DNA from: Lingula anatina
Lineage: Eukaryota; Animalia; Brachiopoda
DNA length: 64,000 nucleotides
Assembly (NCBI GenBank): GCA_051362555.1
Contig: CM120647.1
Location: forward strand, 12,314,651-12,378,650
Direction: 5' to 3'
Notes under the pieces: model-generated
Database searches by the model: none
What the model was told of the DNA's origin: nothing
The model's input: the letters and a program-made list of their open reading frames with translations, nothing else
Program-made: the position numbers and the translations under genes
In this document: piece by piece, positions 55,876 to 64,000 of the stretch
Layout: the number at the start of each line of letters is the position of its first letter
How positions within the stretch are numbered: the first letter of the stretch is position 1

Positions 55876-58703
55876 TTATAATTTGCCTTTGTATTTGAAG
55901 TCCTCTGTTGGGATGTGGTTGGCAAGCCTAAAACGACATAATTGAAAATGGAATTAAGTAAAAATAAACAACTGAATTGAATGACGCTAATGAAACAAGA
56001 CAACCGCAGTATCTTTTATAGCAAATCTTAACATTGTATAAATACCACGAAAATTATTAGCAAGCCACAAGTAAAATTGATTTTAAAAAAACGTTAAAGG
56101 AATGAAACATAAGGAAAACTGAGCAAGTGTATTGCTAGCTGATCACGGTATTTGCATTGAAGAGTAGTAATAATAAATAGGTTTAGTAGATTATTTTACT
56201 TTCAAAATATTGGCCTGATGTGACACTGCTTTCAGTTTGCTTCTTTTTAATGCTGTTACAAACAGGTAGGTGCATTTCATACCGTTCATTAGGTCTCTTC
56301 GGAACATAATTACAAATATATCTATTTTTACATTATCATTTTTTTCCTATATCAAGTTATAAAATAAGAAATATTCATATTTGTCACGATACAAGACAAG
56401 CGGTTGAACTCACCAAGCCATGTATCCTTGTAACATAATACAAATAGATTTCTTCACCTTTTATTTTTCTACATAAAGTTACAAAATGAGAATTATTCAT
56501 TTTTATCCCGATACAAGACGAGCTATTGAACTCACCATTCCATCCCGTCCTTGAGGTCTTTTTGTGGCACTGGGGAGCGCCACCCCCTCATGGTGTCCAT
56601 GAAGCTGTTATGGATGTCGGTATGCTCCTTGGTGTTGACATAATTGGATCTGATCATCTGACCCTAGAATGTTGACATCTATATATAAGTAAGGGCGTGC
56701 ATAACACGGTTGAATGGAAAGGCAGGGCTCCAATTTGAGTTTAAAAGTCGTTATTTCTTCAACAAATTTGTATAGTATATTCCTTGGTTATATTATTAAA
56801 CGTTCTATGACTTAAACGTGAAACCAGTGACGGTTAAAGCTGGTGACCTGCCTCTCCCGTGAACCAAACGGAGGCGCCACTTTTCTAGTTAATGGTATTT
56901 ATGTATAAAACTGGAAGTCAGACATTGTCATAGAGGGCATTTTCTATAGATAAACCACAGCGAATGTTTTAAAAAATAATAAACATAAGTGTATTTTTCT
57001 GTTTGGTGATGTCCCTAATTATCGTATTCCAACTGGACAAAATAGCTCGAATAATTGCAGATGTTTATAGCTTTGCTCGTTTTAAATGTTTGATACGGAG
57101 AGGTGAAAAAACACGCATGTTAAATACCTACGTAACAGATCGTAATGTAAGTTCTAGGCAGATTTTAAAATTGAAAAAATAATTCTATTTATGCTATTGC
57201 TGTCGGTCCTGCCTCGCAGAGAAAAACTTTACCGATTAAAAATTAACAATCCATAAAATAATATTTTCCCATCGCGTATCACTTAACATGGCACTTTTAT
57301 TTGCCATGCAATCAATTACACTATTAACTGATGAGCTATCCTTACTTACCTGCTCATCATGAAAATGAAGAGTGAACACCTCAATCGCAGCATTGAGTTG
57401 CGTTTGAGTGTTGAACTCGGAGAGAGCAAACAGACCATTGAAGAGCGTTCTGTGCTCACTGTCAATGTTGTCATACTGAAAATATAATATTTTCAATTTT
57501 TATACCTTTCAGTTATCTTCTGATGCGTCAGATTTAATGAAATGATAATTATTCGCTACGTAAATACGCAATAAAATTCTGTTGCCAAGGTAATACCAGA
57601 TGGACACTAAGATAATCTCGTCGGTGCCACAATGGGACTCACGGCGAAAGTTAGGCCTAAAGTTAAGACCGAGAATTGCACCTCACTTTGATCCCAGCTT
57701 AATTAACAGTAGTCTGCGTTTATGATAAGATATAAAATGGCTAGAATGTTAATTCGTTATTTTGTTTTAACCGGCGTCTACCTATTTAACTTAAAGCTCG
57801 CCTCACATGATAACTTTATCCAGAAGATTGATTGAACTTTTAAATCAAAATTTTAGTCTGCGATGCCAGGCCTACCCAACTACCAGACTCGGCACATAAG
57901 GATCCTGAATTAACCGGTATATCGGACCACACTACCCGTTTTCAAGGTGTGTGTCAGATCACATTTCGGAGTATCAGTCAGAACAATGACAGGATGAGCC
58001 CACGCTCGGCTGTCACCTTGATTGGATAGTAAACGATTGTCGTAAAATCGCTATATGATTTTAAAACCGGGTGCGTAAATTTGAAAACCGCCTAGAACAA
58101 CCTTAGACTGCTACATTAATCTAATACAATGCAAAAAAGCCCTATCTAAAGTGGTTAAAGCATTCAAACCGAATGTCGTAAAGTCCCCATATACCCCCAC
58201 AGAGACAATAAAATAGAGTACTCTAAAGTAAAAGTACAGTGTAAGGTTGTTCTAGGTGGTTTTCAATTTTATGGACCCGGTTTTAAAATCATATCGTTTA
58301 CTATCCAGTCAAGGTGACAGCCGAGCGTGGATGAGCCCGCGATCGTCCTACAAAATTTGTTCTGGGGTGTGATACTCCGAAATGCGATCTGACACACACC
58401 TTGAAAACGGGTAGTGTGGTCCGATATACCGGTTAATTCAGGATCCTTATGTGCCGAGTCTGGTAGTTGGGTAGGCTTGGATCCCACGTAGTTTCAATGT
58501 TATATACTCGTGAATTAGTCTTAAGTTTTATGAGATGTTTTACGAACATATATCCAAAGAAATCGTTAAGTAAAATATTAGCATTTAGCCTCGTATACTG
58601 GATAAAGAACACTTAATTATTGTTACACTTAGAAGTGTAAATGTAAGCTACTCACGGTGGTTTTGAAATCCGGGGTCCACGCGTAGGGCACTGGGATTTT
58701 CAT
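55876..58703 (-). CDS. Hemerythrin beta subunit (117 aa); exons 58656-58703, 57350-57475, 56536-56663, 55876-55927
   Basis: Spliced translation MKIPVPYAWTPDFKTT-YDNIDSEHRTLFNGLFALSEFNTQTQLNAAIEVFTLHFHDEQ-GQMIRSNYVNTKEHTDIHNSFMDTMRGWRSPVPQKDLKDGMEW-LANHIPTEDFKYKGKL. All di-iron ligands are present (H, HxxxE, HxxxH, HxxxxD). Matches Lingula beta chain from recall. Confidence 0.96.
57867..58479. mobile_element. Foldback MITE (CAGGCC family), copy 3, in hemerythrin beta intron 1
   Basis: Same TIRs as 18378-19007; 5-bp TSD GATGC/GATCC with one mismatch. Confidence 0.88.
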
Positions 58704-58790
58704 GGTGATCGGATAACTCTCTACTCTCCAAGTAGTAACAGGCAACAGTGGAATTCTTGGCTGTGAAGATAGTGTCTTCAGACCGCGACT

Positions 58791-59232
58791 TTTTATACAC
58801 ACCCAGGGAGGGAGATGACTTGCAATTCAACTTGAGGTGCGCGCCTCATTAGTCTTCCAGTCATGGAGCAAGTGTTTTACCACATGGGTACATATGGCGT
58901 GATGTAATTGTACGTGAGACACGTAATCACGTGTTTTGTCTATTTAAGTTTAAACGATAAAATGTGGGTTTGATCATTGATCGATTGACTGATACATCGA
59001 TAGTCTAGGCTGTCTAGGGAGGGCGGAAAAGTGGGGTATACTCTCGTCACTCAAGTCTCGGTAATGTGTGGAACATTTTGGGGTTCAATACACTGGTCAG
59101 TCAGCCTAGTGATAATGGGAAAAAATGCTGAAATTTCCTTCTTTATGTGTATATTTGATTGAATGAATTATAAAATTAATGTTACTTATTTCATTAATGT
59201 CGATAGGAGACCGTAGTATATTTCTTTTGTTT

Positions 59233-59283
<51 letters not shown>

Positions 59284-60009
59284 ATTATTATTATTATTAC
59301 TATTTTAACGTTTTACCTCATGTCCAATGTCAAATACCCCAAATATGACTTTTTGCCTTCGAATGTGACGGGTTCGTACAGGAAGTAAACTAACGCTAAT
59401 GTGCACAAGTAACAAGCTAAGGTGCATTTGTTTATTTGTTAATGTTTATGTATTTATGAATTTAGCAGCAACAATGCGATAATATTTTCCTTAGGATGGT
59501 TGAATCAGTTAACGTACTTATTTATTTCGTTGTCTCTATGGCCTAACTGAAACAGAGGAAAAAGAGAAATATTAAATGATACTTAAGTTCATTTATCCTT
59601 TCCTTTTTTATCCTGACCAATCAGTGTACCTTAAAGGTTGGTTAAGCTGTAAACCCACACCTGATGTGTTATAACGCGTACCTTTTTGAATCTATAATTC
59701 TCCCTTAACTTGAATGGATTTAATTAAACAGAAATGTCTGATTACTTTTACATAACTGTCACGTACTACACAGATGCTAAGTCCACGTTGCCTGTTCAGT
59801 AATTACCCATAACGGTGATGAGACGCTCACGGGTTTATTATAGTTTTAAAAGAGGATTTGTGTCTGAAATCTGCACGTATTATTGTCTCACGTTATCAGA
59901 CACTTCGCCTCAGCATATGGGGAACTCATTGTCCGCTGTCTGGTTTACAAATGAGCCGCGACAATTTCTCACCTGATGAGGTGAATTCACCTCGCCTTAG
60001 TGTATAAAA
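58791..60009. promoter_or_regulatory. Divergent promoter region of hemerythrin beta/alpha: TATA boxes at 58791-58797 (-) and 60003-60009 (+), two RCGTG clusters
   Basis: Both TATA boxes read GTGTATAAAA about 90 bp upstream of the ATG. RCGTG/CACGY motifs at 58897, 58912, 58920, 58928 and at 59760, 59784, 59874, 59889. Confidence 0.7.
59237..59303. repeat. (ATT)n microsatellite in the hemerythrin intergenic spacer
   Basis: Seen directly. Confidence 0.9.
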
Positions 60010-60095
60010 TGAGTGACTGGCGATCGCATCTTTACAGTCGCTAAACTCATAGTTACTTTTAGCTTGAAGTTGACAGTTTCTCCCATTTTTCCAAG

Positions 60096-61630
60096 ATGGT
60101 TAAAGTGCCGGTACCGTTTGCCTGGAACGAGGATTTCGCTACCAGCGTGAGTACTTACTGTGTTTTTAGGGCTCATTCCCATTCAAATTATCGGTTTACG
60201 TCGCTAACTCCACAGGGACTCTCACTAAATGCAATAAGATTAGAAGATTGACAAGCCATCTCCTTGCGTTGAGTAGAAAACAGAAAAGCTGACGATGATA
60301 CGTTGGAAACTGATTGCATTCAGCGACAATCCCCTCGGGGTTGGCTAGAACTTTGTATGCATACAGTTTAAATGGGAATAAGCCCTTAGTTTAGTCCTGA
60401 AGGTTTTGTTCTTGTCGGATACATCCGCATTACACCTGTTAGCAATGTATACATTTAAATAATAATTAAGCCCCCATCCTCAGGGCATTTTTATCCGTGT
60501 GTCTTAAAATAAATTATAATTAAAGAGAAGAGCAATATACTGTTGTCATTAAATTGTGCCCAATTAAACAAAAAACCTGTAAAATGTATCTGCCGTGATA
60601 GTAGCGGTTCAATGAAGTAGAACAAGTCTTTCGTCTTCTAATAATAATATTAAGTTGGACAACTATAACTCATGGTCCAATAGCATTTGTTTCATTCGTG
60701 TGGCAGTTAAAATAATTATCAATTTCCAACCAAGTAGTAATTATCAATTTCCAACCAAGAATAAGTTTACAGTCAGTTTTTATATGCAAATGATCAAGGG
60801 TGCATGTATTTTGTGAGTTAGGAAATGACTAATCCCTGTTCAGTAGTAGCATTTTATGGTAAGTGAAAATAAAAGAAATGCATGTAACCATGCACCATGC
60901 AGTATCAGGGCAAAGGATGACAACGAAATAGGTTTCTAAAAAAAAGGTTATAAGTTATCGCACTTTTACCTTTGCATGAAGAATAATATAAGTCTCTTTC
61001 ACTAAATACAAATCGTAGTAAAAAGCACACCACTGTATGTAGCAATTTACTTTTTGTTTCAGTATCGACTTATCGACTTGGAGCACAGAACGCTCTTCAA
61101 CGGACTGTTTGCCCTCTCCGAGTTCAACACTCGCGACCAGCTGTTAGCTTGCAAGGAAGTCTTTGTGATGCATTTCCGTGACGAGCAGGTAAGTTGATAT
61201 TCTGTACAATCGGTTTCTTGTTGCTTTAATAGTACTAGACCTATAGTATGGTGAATAGTAGTAGTAGTAGTAGTAGTAGTAGAAGTAGTGGCAGTAGTAG
61301 TAGTAATAGTAGTATTAGTAGAAGTACCAGTAGCAGCAGTAGAAATAGTAGTAAAAGTGGCTGAAAACCACATAGGGGCCTAGCTTACATTATTCATATA
61401 ATTAAAGACGTGTTCCTTTTCTTTATTTAGGGTCAAATGGAAAAGGCCAATTATGAGCATTTCGAAGAGCACAAGGGCATCCATGAAGGGTTTTTGGAGA
61501 AGATGGGCCACTGGAAAGCGCCTGTCGCCCAGAAAGACATCAGATTTGGAATGGAGTGGTGAGTCTCAGTACTTTTCTCTCGTCCTCACTCCCTTAGACG
61601 GTGAAAAAGTAATAACTTGCACATGAGTGA

Positions 61631-61669
<39 letters not shown>

Positions 61670-61823
61670 TAAACACACACACACACCGTTAAATTAATCA
61701 CGTCATCTCTAATGAAAGATTCAAAGGTAAAACAATATCTGCATCATTCCACATGCCCTTTCATTAGTTTGTATTACCTTTCTTGGAGTATCTTGAAATA
61801 TTTCCCATATAAGAAGTTTCTGA

Positions 61824-61863
<40 letters not shown>

Positions 61864-61960
61864 GAAAATTTGACAAGAGTTATTTGTTTATTTGTTTTAT
61901 TATTTTAGGCTTGTCAACCACATCCCCACTGAAGACTTCAAGTACAAGGGCAAATTGTAA
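60096..61960 (+). CDS. Hemerythrin alpha subunit (118 aa incl. Met); exons 60096-60146, 61063-61188, 61431-61558, 61909-61960
   Basis: Spliced translation MVKVPVPFAWNEDFATS-YRLIDLEHRTLFNGLFALSEFNTRDQLLACKEVFVMHFRDEQ-GQMEKANYEHFEEHKGIHEGFLEKMGHWKAPVAQKDIRFGMEW-LVNHIPTEDFKYKGKL. Di-iron ligands intact; intron positions identical to beta; AATAAA at 62136. Confidence 0.96.
61256..61352. repeat. Imperfect (GTA)n microsatellite in hemerythrin alpha intron 2
   Basis: Seen directly. Confidence 0.9.
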
Positions 61961-62276
61961 ATGGAACGAACGGAACAATGCGCCATCTATCGGACTATCG
62001 GACTGTGCAGAAACCATACGCAGGAACGTTGGAATAGTCAACCTATAAACAGTTCACTCTAGGAAAGATACGTTACGAAGTTACACAGCCTAAAACAACA
62101 CTGCCAATTTTATCATTTGCTTATGATTTAAGAACAATAAAAAGCTTCCATTGCAATTGATCATGACTCTCTTTATTTACTTTGCCTGTGCCAGCGCGTT
62201 TATCCATATGCCTACAAGAGCATGCAACTAGAGTGACTTGTGCATCGGTAATAAACACATTCAAGCACACACACAA

Positions 62277-62310
<34 letters not shown>

Positions 62311-62603
62311 GGTTGAGCTATAGAGGTAAAAATGCATATATATATGCTGTCAAAATTTCGCCAGTGCGCGTGAGTTTTAAGGGATAACAACTGTTCATTT
62401 TGGCCAAAAAAAAAAATAATAATTCACCTGGGGTAAAGGACAATTTTCCCATATTTCCTAATGGTCAATGAATCCCTTTCCTCATTCAAAGTTAGTCCTT
62501 TTTTCTAAAAAGTTTGGTTTTTAAGAGATTATTACAACATGTAGCCATCTATGGAGGTCGCGTGATGTGATGGCAAGCACAAACTCCAGAATATATGCAT
62601 TAA

Positions 62604-64000
62604 AGGTATACTGTGATGAAAAAACGGGTTAAAACTATCCATTAGGTGCCCAAAAGTCATTTATGAGTGATGAAAAAAAAAGTTCTTACGTTTATTTAGT
62701 TTTTAAAGCCGATTTTATGCAGGTGTGAATGTAGTTTACGATACTCCCGCGTGGCGGCGCTTTGGGGCGAGTGACGTCACTGGCGTCGAGGCTCAGAAAG
62801 CCATATTCGATTCAGCTATCCGCCTACTTACAGTTATACTCGATCGCTTTGTCTGAACTATTTTGTAAAAATGAACAGAGAACGAATTGAAGGATATTTG
62901 TTTGAACCAGAGGGTATTGCAGAAGATGTGGATGATGCAGAGTGGAAAACAGACCAGGAAGATAGTGAAGGAGAGCTCTCAGTCAGCCGACTAAACGATT
63001 TGGCGTGGTGTGAGTGTGGCCATTGTGAGCTTATGCCCACCTTTGTGGAATCAACGTGCTGTAGTGAAAACACTGCTGTGTCTGCCAAAATGAAGCACGA
63101 TACCAGATGCGTTACCGAACTACAGACCTACAATAATGCATGTTTAGACGCAGACATGCTGGAGATTCTCATGGCATCGATGAAAGAAGTGCTCGGGGAA
63201 AGTCTGCGTGACCCAATTACGAACAGGTAAGACAATGGCGGCGCTTTTCGGAATGTCGTTTAGTCCGGTTGTATTTTAATTTCCACTAAACTAAGTCCTG
63301 TATATTAACTCATTTTATATTAAAATAATTTTTTAACTGATTATTATCGTTCATTGAAGCAGTGGTGACATGTTCGACTGAGAATAACACACAAAATGAT
63401 CATACCACATTTTTATTTTCTAGAATGTACAGATATGTGGCGTACAGAAGCTTCACATGGTAGATATATGGGAAGCTGGGGAGGAGGCGAAGGAAAGTTA
63501 TTCCTGCCTGTGTAGTGACCTCAATAAGGAAACGGTTTCCAGAAAAAGATGGATGTTATGAAGGTTATCATGAGGTACTGGGTGGACCAATGGATGGCCA
63601 TGCGGATTTGTGATTATGCTCAATATATGAATAGGCCTACATTTAAACATTTATTTTTGCTTTATTTTTGTGACTGTGGACCTTTACAATGATCTGCATT
63701 TAGAACATGAACTCTGTACAGTTAATGCATAACATACATCTGTAGTGCTCATCAGTCTGCTGCTACAATTCACACTGATTATTTTTACAATGATTAGAAT
63801 ATACATTTGAAGGATCAACTGTACTTGTATATATTCATACAATAAGGACACATCAACTGCTCAAGTTACTGAATAGTAACACAAGTACAAAGACTTCTTA
63901 ATACAGCTAATATTTTTACTCATATTAAATGATATGTAATACTCCGTGCTTAATCGCAGATTGCAAGAAATGTATTTTTTCTTTTACGTTGAGCTGTCAC
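62604..64000 (+). mobile_element. Probable Kolobok DNA transposon (left end; continues beyond window)
   Basis: TTAA-AGG terminus at 62600-62606 followed by a KolX/P2X7-C-terminal-like gene. The other end is not visible. Confidence 0.6.
62871..63613 (+). pseudogene. P2X7 C-terminal (ballast/Nanor)-like, KolX-type gene with premature stop; exons 62871-63226 and 63424-63613
   Basis: Y.FEP, WCECGHC..M...ES.CC, RYVAYRSFTW*IYGKLGRRRRKVIPACVV..IRKRFP...Y.G motifs; in-frame TAG at 63461-63463 where Trp is expected. Confidence 0.8.

Noticed and set aside
55876-61960. Bacterial origin, HGT or contamination for the hemerythrins
   Set aside because: Both genes have three spliceosomal introns, TATA boxes and animal-type hemerythrin sequences.
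63461-63463. In-frame TAG as programmed readthrough or recoding
   Set aside because: A single TGG-to-TAG change in a transposon-borne gene is simple pseudogenisation; the host genes use the standard code.

Overview
Animal genomic DNA, AT-rich with spliceosomal introns. It is very probably the brachiopod Lingula, because two 4-exon genes translate to proteins matching the alpha and beta chains of Lingula octameric hemerythrin as I recall them. I hand-spliced five intact host genes that the ORF track shows only in fragments: (1,2) two tandem copies (5322-10790 and 27548-37801, +) of a ~615-aa type I membrane protein (signal peptide - SRCR - (GPPGTG)n collagen-like stalk - Lys-rich collagen - TM - short tail ending STI); (3) a secreted 318-aa (EGF-LCCL)x2 protein (48485-54328, +) with one GC-AG intron; (4,5) hemerythrin beta (55876-58703, -) and alpha (60096-61960, +), head-to-head around a 1.4-kb spacer with twin TATA boxes and clustered RCGTG motifs. 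The left 48 kb is a tandem segmental duplication (junction near 13.2 kb) carrying many mobile elements: decayed Mag-like Gypsy LTR elements, Tc1/mariner relics, a 7.8-kb Ginger1-like element with CCGG TSD, nested MITEs, a TIR element with no evident TSD, and a 29-bp minisatellite. A Kolobok-like element with a P2X7-C-terminal-like (KolX) pseudogene starts at the right edge. Gene models come from manual translation and splice-phase checks, and family assignments are from recall; no database searches were run.
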